Assembly (NCBI GenBank): GCA_001244265.2
Contig: CDLV01000006.1
Span: forward strand, 248,001 to 312,000
DNA length: 64,000 nucleotides
Source of the DNA: Microbotryum violaceum
Lineage: Eukaryota
Reading direction: 5' to 3'
Positions 1 through 12,609 of this stretch are shown one piece after another. Within the stretch, counting starts at the first letter, position 1; every line of letters starts with the position of its first letter. The notes beneath the pieces were generated by a model. That model had not been told where the DNA came from. It did not search any database and saw only the letters and a program-made list of their open reading frames with translations. The position numbers were made by a program, and so were the translations under genes.

Positions 1-3000
1 TTGTTCCCACCAACTCCTCAAGCCTTGTCCTCCCTTCTTAGTCTACTCGATCCCCTGTCCAAAGACCTCGGAACAAAACCCATCTCCACCGCCTCCCCAT
101 CGAACGACCCCGCTAGCGAACCCGTCCCGCTCGCCTGGACGACTTGCTACGTCCTCCTCCTATGGCTGTCCGTATCGACACGGCTTCCCTTCCCTCTTCC
201 TACACGTACGAGTGACTCCATCAAGGCGATAGGGCTGCGCTACCTCCAAGTGGGCAAGGGCAAGGAGAAGGAAGGCGGTCGACTTGTGCTTCGGGCTTGG
301 TATACGAGGTCAGTGCCCAGTCCGATCTAGTCCAGACGGGATCGGAGACTCACGCCCGATCAAAAACAACAGAAAGGATGCACCGATAGAAGAACTCGTC
401 ACGCTGACGACTGAAACACTCGAGAAACCAAGTACCGAACTGCTCTTGGTCGGTCCCCCTTAGCAATAACTCGGACTGATCCTCTTCTGAAGCGTCGACT
501 CATCACTTGTTAGCTGGACTTTACAGGCCTCCTCGATCCTCTCTTCTCTCCTCGAGATCCTCAAACAACCGTCCATGAAGCAAAATTCAGTCCTACTCTC
601 GCCGAACAACCGATCACGCCTTTACGCCCTCGTCCAACTATGTCGAGCGTTCGGTAATAAGAGGGACGAATTGAGAAAGGAGCGCGTCAAGTTGATGGGT
701 CGGCTCGTGGTGCTTGAATTGAGCTCCTCCGCGCAGAACGGTGAGGAGAGCGAGGGACAGGACGACACTGAAGAAATTATCGGGGACTTGATGCAGACAC
801 TGGAGAACAAGGTCAGTGTCGGGATCGGATCTAAGCCTTGCCTGCGAGGAAGGGTCTGCGGCTGATGTGCTGCCTCGAGCGCCGCGCAGCAATCAAATCT
901 GCGCTACTCCGCCGCCAAATACCTCGCACGCATATGCGGTCTCTTATCCAGCCGAATCTCTTCCGAAATACTCGACTCCATTCTAGACCAATTCGAGCAG
1001 TGCTTGCGCCACGACCAAGATCCCGATCAAGTTGAAGCTCGCTTGCAGGGATCGCTCTTGACGTTTGCGGAGATGGGGAGACGAGGCGTTTTTGGGATGT
1101 TAGCGGAAGCCACGTCGGAAGTGGCGCTGGAGGTTCGATTGATGATACAGCGGATCCTGAGGGGTGTTATACGGGTATGTTTTGTATTCTCGAGACGGGG
1201 AGATACGTTGCAGAGCACTGATCGCACCGATGTGGTCATTTCGCTCTAGTGCCTCACCTTCGACCACCTATCCTCGAAACGATCCTTCGGCACCCAAGTA
1301 AGAGACTCAGCGTCCTACGTCGTCTGGTCACTTGCAAGGTCCTTGGATCCCCGATTGATCGATATTGAATTGGGTCAGCAACTGGGTAAAGTGCTGGTTT
1401 GCGTGGCCTTGTTCGATAAAGAGGTGGGGGTTAGGAGGGCGAGTAGTGCGGCGTTCCAAGAAGGTGTTGGGAGATGGGTTAGTTCTTCGCTCCACCTTGC
1501 GGATTCTTAATCTGTTCAGAGCTGATTTTTTCCCATGACAACCAAGCAGAGTATCTTTGTCGATGGCATCGACATCTTGAGAAAGATCGACTTCTTCACC
1601 ATCTCGGTCCGAAGGCGCGCATTTACCGAGGCGGCACCTCTAGTTGCAGAGTGAGTGCGCTCACGTTTTGGACGAGTTTCCCAGTGAAATTACATAGGCT
1701 GATGAGAAATACGCCTCTTCTACTGCAGAAACCCCGCCTATCGCTCCGCGTTGATTGATCATCTGATGGCGCACTCGTTCCCTCACTACGAATTTGGTTT
1801 GCAATCCCTTGCTTCTCAAGCTCTCAAGGCGATCATCTCGATCGACGCAAGGGAGTTGGCCCCTCCGCTCCTTACGGCACAAGTCAGTCTTCTCGACGTA
1901 TCCGATAGGTCACCGTACCTTTGGCGTTGCTTAAAGCTTATCCGACGGACACGAACAGATCGAAAGGCTAGGCAAGACCAAAGACCCAGCCAAGTTGCAT
2001 GGCATACTCATGAGTCTGAATGGACTCGGGTTGGCCGCAAGAGCCTCAATCGAGGACCCCTTGGTTGATGCCTTGGATCAGGTCAGTACTTAAAGCACCG
2101 CCTGAAAACTAGCTCTGCGAGCTGAAACCCCCTCGATCCCGAACCCGAAAGATCTACGCCTCCCTCATCTCCTTACCCCCGACCCTCCGAGCTTTCCGAA
2201 CCCCCCAGGTCCTCATAGCACTCTACAAAGCCCTTGCCTCATCCCTTAACCCACGAACCCAATCAATCAGACCGCCTTCTCCAAGAGAATGGCAAGATCT
2301 CCTAGCCCTGGCGAGCGATTCTCCATCAGACGAAGTTCACCTCGCCTCCGCTCGGTTTTACACAGCTTTCACCAGATCATCAAACGATGGAGACGAGGAG
2401 GATGCTCATCTGGAGAATATTGTCAAGGCTCTGGGTGATCGCAAGCAGACGAAACAAGTTTGGGCTGCCAAGGTCTTGGGGAGCTGGACTTTTGCTACAA
2501 AGCGGACAAGCGACATTCCCAATGGGGTCGTGAAGAGGTTGATTGGGTTTGTCGGTTCGGAGGTGAATACTCGTCCTCTGTTAAGAGAATCATGCCACTG
2601 TGTACGATCGATTGACGATACCGCTTCACGTCGACTGTAGGGTAAAGCGAAGGCGGGAAGCATCGAGGCGAAACGCAATGGGGTCGAAGCATTAGCCAGG
2701 ATCGTATGCTCGGACGTGTCCCTGGGTGAGTCGAACGCGTAGTTACCCTTACCAACGACAGGAATGCGCGAGACTGATCCGAACAACGAACTCGCTCCTC
2801 AGACTCCACCTTAATCAGCGAAGCCTACCTCTCCATCCTTGCTGCCTTCCAAGACTACACCGTCGATCATCGCGGCGACGTAGGCTCCTGGGTCCGTCTC
2901 AGTGCGATCCAGGCGACTTCAATATGCCTCAACACCGCCGCTGCAAGAGACGGTTCTCCCACGATGGATCAACAGACCTTCGATCGGTTCGTGGCGAGTC

Positions 3001-4274
3001 TTTTGAAACAGGCTGTGGAAAGGTTGGATAATGTTCGACTGGCCGCGGGTACGGTGTTGTTGAAAGTTGCTGAGGGCGTGAATAGCGGGAGGTTGAAGGA
3101 TAAGGAGGTGTTCGAAGCCATTGCGTGAGTCATTTGACTGCCGGAAGTTGCATACCGCATGTGTTTCATGTTCATATGTATGGTTCCGGCTCGTTTCCAG
3201 CTCGGATCGACGAGAATGGCGTGATCTAGCTTGGTCGTCCGAAAAGCTTTTGCCTCTTCTGAGCGTACCCGAGTATCGAGCGCTGCTACTCGAAGGCAGC
3301 GTAATGGCTTTCGTAAGTCTTACCCAGCTGATCGTCGCAATGACACGCACAACATCAATGACGAAGGACATGCATTATTACAACTCATAGACTCGGCACT
3401 CCTCCAGTACCCCCCTTATCGATTTCGCCGCCACACTCCCAAGCCTCCGTGACGACCCTCCGACCCCCGAATACACCTTCGAAGCCCTCATCGAAGGTCT
3501 TGTTGATTTAGGTCGTCAACACATCACCAGTAATCGACTCTTCGTCCCCGTTGTCGATGCTTTGGCTTCGATAGTGGAGACGGGCTTTGTCGATGAAGAA
3601 AGCGAGCCGGTTGCTTCGCTGTAAGTTTTTAGAGCTCGCTTTCATTCGAGAGTGGAAGCTGACGGGGTTTCAATTAATAACGCAGACTCAAGTTTGCACT
3701 GGACCTGGCGAGTCGGTCCCTACCCAAGATCAAAACCGCCGCGAGACTGACAGCGATGACCAAGTTGTTAGTACAAAGATCGATACATGGGAAGAGAGAG
3801 AGCATTCGACTTGACCTCGTGTGACCAAATCGCAGCGTTGTCGCCCTCCTATCCTTTGAGACGTTCCGGGCTCAAGCAGTGGACCAGGTCGGCGTGTTGC
3901 TTAGCCATCCCTCGGCGCCTTGGGTCAGTCGGTACCCCTGTTCTGATTATTGTATAAGTAACAGAAGTATGAACTCCTCCGAAACGGAAAACATTTTGGT
4001 TTCTCCCACGCAGGTGCGTCAACTCGCCGCCGACGAAATCCTCGACCAAATTAGCTCGGAGACATTGCTCTTACCAACCGACGAGCACTCCGAACTACTA
4101 CAAGAAGTCTTACTGCAAACCTCATGGTGAGTGATGCGACTTCCTCAGTCGGAAGGGCTCTCGTGCCGGTCTGAACTGAGGGGTTTGCATCGGGTCGCTC
4201 ACAGGTCGCAAGGGGAGATCAAGGAGGAACACGTGGGAGTGGTGATAAGGCTCTTGACAGATCGGGGCGCATGA
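1..4274 (+). CDS. TBCD: Tubulin-specific chaperone D (cofactor D), multi-exon, 5' end outside window
   Basis: Spliced reading gives family motifs ALFDKEVGVRRASSAAFQEGVGRW (~1405-1478), QDYTVDHRGDVGSWVR (~2850-2897) and KQAVERLDNVR. Many GT-AG introns; the last exon reads ...LLTDRGA-TGA, ending at 4274. Confidence 0.9.
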
Positions 4275-4789
4275 AACGCAGAAGTCTTGGATCCCATAGT
4301 AGCTCTCTTCAGTATATGTCGTTCATGAAACTGGCCTCCATGGTATTTTCTGCCCTGAGCGAAAAGAGGCCCGCTGAAAGAAGAGCGACTACCGACTCGC
4401 GCGGCGCGGGGGAGGAAGAGACTCATAACAAGGATTGAACATGATCGACATGGCCAGGTATAATGGGACTTTAAGGCTACATAGAATAACTTCAGCAATT
4501 CCAAGAAACACCGAGAGACACATGCATAAGGACAACACAGAAGAGCCGAGGTATAATCGGAGATATGCATAAGCATCAGCGTCACCGAGTTTGACGATCA
4601 GGCGTTGAAGCCCTTGATGGTTTGGTTTCCTGGGCCGTTGCTGAAGGAGGATAATGAAAAGATGATCAACGTCCGCCATGGACTTCGCTGCCATGCACGA
4701 ACGTACCAAATAGCGGCATCGAACGCCGAGCCGTTCTTCATCAAAGGCTGAGCGACGGTGTTGAGCGTCGTATAGGGGTTCCTCCACAT

Positions 4790-6345
4790 GGGACCGAAAG
4801 CGGGGATTCCGGGATCGCAGCTTGCAGCTCGCACCGACCGTTCCACCGAAATTGGCCGCGTTGAACGTATTGCCCTGCACGGTAGCATGGGTGTAACCGG
4901 CGACGGTGACGCCGTAGCCAAAGTAACCCTTGGGACCCGAAGCGTTGAATTGATTATATTGGAGAAGACGCCGTCGAAGGTGCGTCGGGTATCCGGGAGG
5001 TATCGTACGTCTGCCAAGACAAGGGACCAATCGCAATTCCAATCTTCATCATCGAATTCCTAGCGTCCAGGACATTGTTCGTCACTTGGTTCCCCGTGAA
5101 CTTACCGTAATGGGGAGGGAAATCGACTGCGTTGATCCCGCCAAGCAACTGACGATCGTCGGTGACGATGCGGTTGTTGGTGACGAGCGATGCGGGGGCT
5201 TGGAAGATGACGATACCACCGTCCGTAGCATCGGTTATGGTATTACCTTGTAGGATCGACCCAGGGCAAGCGAGCGAGATGCCATCGGCCCATTGACCGG
5301 AGGGGTAGGTACCTGCGCTGTCGCGCTTGAGGTTGTGGTGCTTGTTGTTGGGATGGTGGTTGCGGCGACAGCATTGGGAAGCCCCCGAGGGGGCGTGGGG
5401 GCCGGCAGGGCCGATTTGGCTGTTCAAGACCTTGGCTCCAAAGCAAGCATTGTTGGTTCCCTCTGTTGTGTTTGTTTTACTTGATAATGTCAGAAAACTG
5501 TTCAGATCAGTAGAGAGACTTGGACTCGCCAATCAAATGAAGGACAGACCATCCGCGAGGTTCGAAAGCGCGGATGTTGGAAATGACGTGGCCAGACTCT
5601 TGGTTCCACCCATCTCAATCAGAGCCTGACCACCGTTCATCCATCCAAGAGTGGGACGGGACCCTTCTATCTGGATGTTAGAGAGGATGCAGCCGGCCGA
5701 TCCGACCTTGGTACCGTACACTGCGGTCGACTGCGTGTTGCCCTTCACGACGATCGTGGCGCGCCGGGTCGAATCGATTGGTGCGCCGCGGGTGGAAAGA
5801 CCTTGGCCTTTGTCGGTGAAGTAGATGGGGCAGTTCAATGGGATCACGGCACTGGGGCAAAGATACACGGTAGTGTTGGGTCCTCCATCTGTGAAGATTC
5901 AGCAGTAGACGTCAGCTCCTGAAGCCCCGTTCAAGTCCTCGGACAAGGCAGGGCAGCAAACGTGCATTTGAGCAACGAGTTGATGACGGTATCGTTGGTC
6001 GAACTATCAAGGCAGTTCTTGGCACCGTACGATTCAACCATCTTGTCGACCGTGGATTGCGTAGGGGAGGCGCAGGGGTTATCGAGCGCGCATGAGGCGT
6101 CGGGAATGACTTGTCCGACGTTGACGACCACGCCGTTAATGTTCAGAGTTTTCGCCTAAAAGTGGGTTGGGCTTTGAGCAGCGGATATACCACTACGCTA
6201 AGATAAGGGCGCTGCCTACTCACACTCTGAAACATTTGAGTCGCAGTGATGTACAGGTTCGAGGTGAGTGCGGCGCTCGTGGCAGGGAGGTACGTCGCGA
6301 CGTCCGTGACGGGCGGCAGTGTTGGAATCAACGATGATCCCGAAA
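4790..6345 (-). pseudogene. Right-handed beta-helix (pectin-lyase-fold) protein, frameshifted
   Basis: Segments YGGPNTTVYLCP, IEGSRPTLG, FEPRGWSVLH, GQWADGISLAC..NTITDATDGGIVIF and GYFGYGVTVAG join only with frameshifts near 5603, 4997 and 4956. No start codon or signal peptide is found before the Copia relic. Confidence 0.7.
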
Positions 6346-6599
6346 TGATCAACAAAAGAAGACCAGGAGTCGAACCTGGGTCGCTTCCATTCATTGGAAA
6401 AGCTTTGACCAAATAAGCTATCCGGCCCCTGATATCAGTGCAAGGTCTACTAACACCTTCAAAACTTCCCCTTAGACCTTTGCACTGCTGCCAGGCTATT
6501 GCGACTATAAGTCCCAATTTGGACTCTGTGTCAAGCTTCTGCGGCAGCTCCGGTAACTCTGTGCGGCGTCACTGAAAAGACTTACATGAAAGGTTCTAT

Positions 6600-7856
6600 A
6601 ATAGATCCTCACACTTACCTTCACGGCCACATCACCGAACCACTATGGATCAAGCTGCCGGACGGTTCCACCCATCGACTGCGCAAATCCCTGTATGGTC
6701 TCAAGCAGTCGGGTCGTGAGTGGAACAAGGTCTTGCATGCTGCGCTCGTCGATCGCGGTTTCAAGCGAATGGAGGAGGATTTTGGGGTCTACCGAAGGGT
6801 TCGCAACATCGGGGGCGTCGATCGCACTACTCTCTTGGCCATCTACGTCGACGACGGTCTTCTCGCCGGTGACGACGATCTCGAAGGGTTCCTCAGCGAG
6901 TTCGACCAACAGTTCAAGCTCAAGCGAGGCGAGGTCGAGTTATTCCTGGGGATGAAGATTGCCACCGACGACGCATTGGGGATCATGACCATTGACCAGT
7001 GCCACCAGATCGAGACCATCCTGAACAATCACGGGTTTGCGAACACTTCCGCGGTGGCAACCCCAACCTCCGACAGCGATCAGCACTCAGATGGAGGGAC
7101 TGCTCATCTCATGCTCAACTATCGCCAGGTCGTTGGCGAGCTACTCTGGGTCTCAGGATGCACAAGGCCCGATATCTCTTATGCGGTCACCCAACTGTCA
7201 AGACACTGCGCCGATCAGAAACCGGAACCCTTTAGGCAAATGCGGCGAGTGCTTCGCTATCTGCGCGGGACAATTAATCGTCGACTCGAGTACAATCGAC
7301 ACTTGGCAATCGATGTGACCTTGTACTGCGACTCGGATCATGCAGCGGAGAAGTCGGGGCGTCGATCAATTTCGGGTCACACAGTCATCATGGCCGGGTC
7401 AGCGATCACATGGGCGTCCAAGCGCCAAGTATCGGTTGCCACCTCGTCCGTCCAAGCCGAGTATCAAGCTCTCTCGGCTGCTGCCGGGGAGACGCTGTGG
7501 ATTCGCTCTCTGCTTTTCTCACTCGGGTTCCCTCCATCTTCACCCACCATCATTCATGGGGATTCAACGGGAGCAATTGTTTTGGCCGATCACCCGACCT
7601 CACACGCGACCACCAAGCACATTGCAACACACTACCACTTTACTCGAGAACTGTCTCGAACGGCATCATCGAGCTCCGATGGATCGGGACCAAGGAGATG
7701 GTCGCGGACGGATTCACCAAGGGGCTCTCGCGCGTGCCACACGAGTCGTTCGTTCGGATGCTTGGAATGGTGGACGCTCCTCGCCAGGGGGCGTGTTGGA
7801 AGGGACTGCGCGAGCAGTAATGGCTAGAAGCGTCTTTGGGGTTTTTGGGTAGTTTA
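6600..7856 (+). mobile_element. Truncated Ty1/Copia retrotransposon: RT-RNaseH, PPT and start of 3' LTR
   Basis: Motifs SLYGLKQSGREW, IYVDD, YCDSDH and TKHIATHYHF, then a frameshift (~7650) to MVADGFTKGL. Purine tract AGGGGGCG followed by TGTTGG at 7794; this LTR is cut off at 7856 by the next element. Confidence 0.9.
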
Positions 7857-8063
7857 TCTAGAATCTTGGCGTCTGATTCGAGGCGGTTCAATAGGTTAGA
7901 ACGCTCAGTTCACTATTGCAATGATGACGTGAGTACTACTGACCTGATTCGAGGCGGTTCAATACGTTAGAACGCTCGAATCAGAAGGAAGCTAAGAGAA
8001 AGCCCGCGCGCGCTCGCGCTCATGTAGCCTGCAGAGTGTACTCCTCAAGTGTCTAACTCAACA
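7857..8063 (-). repeat. 3' LTR of Copia element (207 bp)
   Basis: Near-identical to 12177-12393; contains an internal duplication of CTGATTCGAGGCGGTTCAATA(C/G)GTTAGAACGCTC. Confidence 0.93.
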
Positions 8064-8082
8064 CCCCCTCTCACTCTAAGGC

Positions 8083-11000
8083 CTACATGATTCCCATCCC
8101 TATGGCCGCCCTATGCTTCTCTAGTGCCGGTCTCGTCAACGCCTTCGTAAACATGTCGGCGAGCATCTCGGCGGTTGGAAGATAGTTAACGACAATATCA
8201 CCTTCTCGTACCCGTTCTCGAACGAAATGCTCCGTCAGGCGTAGGTGCTTAGTTCGATCGTGGAACACCGGGTTCTTTGTGAGAGCTATCGCGCCTTGAT
8301 TGTCGCCTTTCAGCTCGATGGGCCCACAGATCGTGATCCCCAATTCCGCGAGCAAATTTCGCAAGAGCTGACACTCTCGAGACGCATGAGTAAGGCCGAT
8401 GTATTCCGCTTCCGTTGATGACGTCGCCACTCGGCTCTGGATCCGAGAACTCCAAGAAATTGGCCCGTCAGCCAGCTTGAAGACATGCCCCATCGTAGAT
8501 CGGGACGTGTTGATGCAGGAACCCCAGTCCGAATCCGAGTACCCAACGTATCCAACCAACGCATCACGTTTCGCCTTGTAGACATTTCCGAGGTCGAGAG
8601 TTTCCTTGATGTAGCGTAGAATCTTCACAACTGCCGCCCAATGGTCGCTGCCCGCCTTGTTCGTGAATTTTGCCAAATACGACACCGGGTATGCCAGATC
8701 GGGCCGAGTTGCAACGACGGCGTACATCAACGATCCAATCGCCGATCTGTACTGTGTCTGTAACGAGGGATCCGGAGTGTCGCAGGGTTTGAGCTGAAGA
8801 CCCGGTTGCATTGGTAATACACTTTTGTTAGCATCCGCCATGCCGAACCTTGCAAGTACATCGAGCAAATACTGTCGTTGCGACGACGCAATCCCGTCCG
8901 CTTGACGAATGAGCTGGACGCCAAAGATGTACACTGCATTGCCGAGACGTTTGACTCCGTACAATCGATCCAATTCGTCGAGCACGCGATCAGTTCCGGA
9001 TAAGTCGGGACCAACAAACAGCAAGTCGTCGACGTAAACCGCCATGTAATGATCGTCTTTGCCAAGTGTCCGACGATAGACACACTCTTCGCTCCGAAGA
9101 CGATTGTAACCAAGCTTGACGAGGGTCTTATGGATCGTCTCGTTCCATACCCGGCCGGCCTGCTTGAGACCGTAGATCGAGCGGTGCAACTTGAGACAGA
9201 CATTGCCGGGCAGTCGGATTCCCTCCGGTACGCGCATGTACAATTCCTCTTCAAGTTCGCCATGCAAATAGGCCTTGTCAATGTCCGCTTGGATGATATG
9301 GTAACCCCGGGCCGCCGCCAACACGATGGAAGTACGAATCGAGACAAACTTCGCTGTCAGTGCGAACGTCTCTTTGAAGTCAATTCCCGGCCGTTGCGTG
9401 AAGCCTCGTGCAACAAGTCGAGCTTTGTACGAAGTCGGCCGACCATCCTTGTCCCGTTTCGTTCGGAAAACGAATTTGGACCCGAGAACCTTGGCGCCGG
9501 CGGGAAGCTCGTCTCGTTTCATAATCGTAAAGACCGAGTAATCATCACGCAATGACTCAAACTCATCGATTGCACCTTGCGCCCATTCGTGAGACTTGTG
9601 ATGGGCCATGGCTGCCTTCCAAGTCGTGGGATCACTAGTCGGCAAAACAAACGGACCGTCCTCCTCGTCGGAATCGGCGACGGCTGCGAAGGCCTCCGGT
9701 TCGAAACGCTCAGGCGCTCTACAATCCCACTTTCCGACTGGTGCTGCCCAAGCAGGTCCGGGAGCTTCAAAACGCAGCTCCTTTGGTACATCTTCCACAA
9801 CTGGTCCGTGTTGCTCGGCGGGGTCAATGTCGTCAACCGGATTTTCCTCCAGGGCGTGTACCTCGACCTCCGGGGCCGCGGTGATCGGCTGTTGCGCAGC
9901 TTCATGGCGATTTGTCGCGACTGGTCGAGGTACGACTACTTCGATCGCCTCAATCGTCGGTGTCCTCGGTGCTGGCGCGCCTTCACGGGCCGGGAACTTG
10001 TCCTCGAAGAACGTTACGCTTCGCGATAACGTTAACCGCCCCCTCACCGGGTCCCGTAGGCGGTAGGCTTTGGATTCTAGGTCGTATCCGAGGAGAATCA
10101 TCGGAAGGCCCTGTGGCTGGAGCTTCTTACGTTGTTCGGTATTCGCCGTGTGCCAAGCTCGACATCCGAAGACCCGTAAGTGATGAACGTGAGCAGGTTT
10201 CCCGGTCCATTCCCGAAATGGCACCTTGCCACCAAGGGCAGAGTGTGGGGAACGATTCTTCACATACACGTATGTAGCCACGGCTTCGGCCCAAAACACC
10301 GTGGGCAGACCGGATTCATAGAGCATCGTTCGAGCTGCTTCCGAAATCGAGCGGTTGGCCCTTTCGGCGACACCGTTTTGCTCGGGCGTGCTGGGGATCG
10401 TGAGTTGTCGCGACAAACCCGTGTCATCCAACCATCGCTTAAACTCCGTCGAAAGGAACTCGCCACCGCGGTCCGAACGGACAACTTTCAAAGTGTGCCC
10501 TGATGACAGCTCGACCCGTAGTTTCCACGTTTTGAACCTTTCAAAGGAGTCTGACTTCTGCGGCATCGTCAACACCCACATGTACCGCGTACAATCGTCG
10601 ACGATAACTAGCGCGTAGCGATGATTTGCAAGTGACAGCTCGCCGTCGAAGGACAAAAGATCGATGTGGACGAGATCGAGGGGTTTTCCGGATCGCGATT
10701 CGGAGTTTGGGAACGACTTGTGCGTAGCTTTGCCGGCCAGACACGATTCGCATTTTAAGTCACTGCGAGACTTCATGTTCAAACCTATCACAGCGTCAGA
10801 CTTGGACAGCTGGTGAAGGGAATGGCAGTGCAGATGAGCGAAACGTCCGTGCCAGATGTGGAGAGGCACTGCTGTCAGAGCTGTGGCTGACGCACAATCA
10901 AGGGGTGCACTTCGAGCTTGAACCAACTTGAGGTCCAGACGGTACAACCCCGAATTGAGCTTCTGTCCCGTAAGTAGGATGTCGTCATTTCCCGCCAGCT

Positions 11001-12110
11001 TGAATCGCCCGTTTTGAATGGTGATTTTGCGACTATCACGATCGGCTCGATGCCCGGCGAAGAGATTGGCGGGGGCACTAGGGACGAAGATGCTGTTGAC
11101 CAGTTTGTACCTCTTGCCGTTCTGGTCTTCGACGCAGGCCGTGCCTACTCCCATAATGGTCTTTCCCTCACCATTGATACCCTTCAACGAGGACGGAGCT
11201 GTCGCCTTCAGGTCGGCGAACGCGGCAGGATCATTGATGACGTGATGAGTCGCTGCCGTGTCGTAGAGGATCATTTCTCGAGAGTGTCCCTTTGGTAATT
11301 GCGTGAGGAACGCGCCAACGGAATCGGTCCCCAGCAAGTCTTCAACCGAAGGGAGCGCCAAATTCGCCATCGGTTCCTCGCCTTTGGTCGTCTTGCGTCG
11401 TGGAAACTTCTTCTTCTTCGGCTTCGGTTGGGCACCAGTCGTGGCCAACAACGCCGTCGCAGCGTTCCCAATATCTTGTCTCAAGTTTGCTGGAGCTCGA
11501 CCTGCTGCGATCACTGTGTCGACAGCTGGCATCGCATCGACGTCTTTGGAATCGAACTCATCCAGATACGACGGTCGTCGAGCCCTCACAATCGCAATGA
11601 GGTGGCATGCAACCACTTGATCGAACGTCAACTTGTGAGCCCGTAGGTCAGTTGTGAGGCGAGTGATGGATCCGGCCCAAGGAAGATAATCGTCTTCCTG
11701 TGCTGGTGGCGGTCCGACCGAGAACAACTTTCCGATTTGCGTGATAATGCCGCGAAGGGAAGACCGACCGAGGTGCTTTCGAAGGTATTCCACCGTCTGC
11801 TCCGGTGTCATGTCGTAGCAGCTGACCAGGAGATGCGCCACACTTTCTGAACAGGTTTGATGCATTGCCCTGTGTACCGCATCATGAGCTCGATCGAGTT
11901 CATCGTCGTCCTTGCATTTAGCAGATGGGTACTGCTTGGGAAAGGAGAGCTACCACTGACGCCTGTCGACGGTGAAGCGAACGTGATCGAGCCATACGTC
12001 GAGGTTGTTATTTTTTTTTAAATCGCGAATGCGGGGAAACGAGAAGCTTGCGAGTGGGTTGAAGGGTCTGCGTCGACGGACTTGTCGATGGTTGACTGTT
12101 CGCCAGTCAT
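8083..12110 (-). CDS. Copia Gag-Pol polyprotein; 1260-aa open frame 8083-11865, 5' gag disrupted
   Basis: Protease YDTAATHH; integrase WHGRFAH..CESC, VRSDRGGEF, EQNGVAER; RT YKARLVARG, YVDD; RNaseH YSDSDW, ADMFTKAL. The probable ATG at 12110 is separated from the long frame by a frameshift at an A-run (~12015) and an in-frame TAG at 11950-11952. Confidence 0.9.
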
Positions 12111-12176
12111 GGTGGAGCGTTCGGGTGAACCGTTGTGACGTGGCAGCAGCTGTGCAAAGTCGTTGGGCTCATAACC

Positions 12177-12393
12177 TCTAGAATCTTGGCATCTGATTCG
12201 AGGCGGTTCAATACGTTAGAACGCTCAGTTCACTATTGCAATGATACCGTGAGTACTACTGACCTGATTCGAGGCGGTTCAATACGTTAGAACGCTCGAA
12301 TCAGAAGGAAGCTAAGAGATTGAATTCGATTGAACTCCGCGCGCGCTCGCGCTCATGTAGCCTGCAGAGTGTACTCAAGTGTCTGACTCAACA
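12177..12393 (-). repeat. 5' LTR of Copia element (217 bp)
   Basis: Reads TGTTGAG...TTCTAGA on the minus strand and directly abuts the PBS. Confidence 0.93.
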
Positions 12394-12609
12394 AATACAT
12401 CCATCAAGAAAGTTACATGATTAACATCTGCAGTGGATCAACCAGGAACACGACCCTTGAAGCTACCGCTGCGGTGAGATTAATCTTGACGGTGGCCGCG
12501 GGGATCGACTTGGACCCGGTGACGGTGTAGGCTTGCGGGGGGCTTCGCAGAGGATTCCGGGTGCGTGGAACAGCAGCGCGAGTAGGAGGGCCGCGTTGAC
12601 TCGCGTGGG

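Larger units (their letters stand above)
7857..12393 (-). mobile_element. Full-length Ty1/Copia LTR retrotransposon
   Basis: Paired LTRs 12177-12393 and 7857-8063; PBS GGTTATGAGCCC (12165-12176); PPT AGTGAGAGGGGG (8064-8075); internal gag-PR-IN-RT-RH order typical of Copia. Confidence 0.96.
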
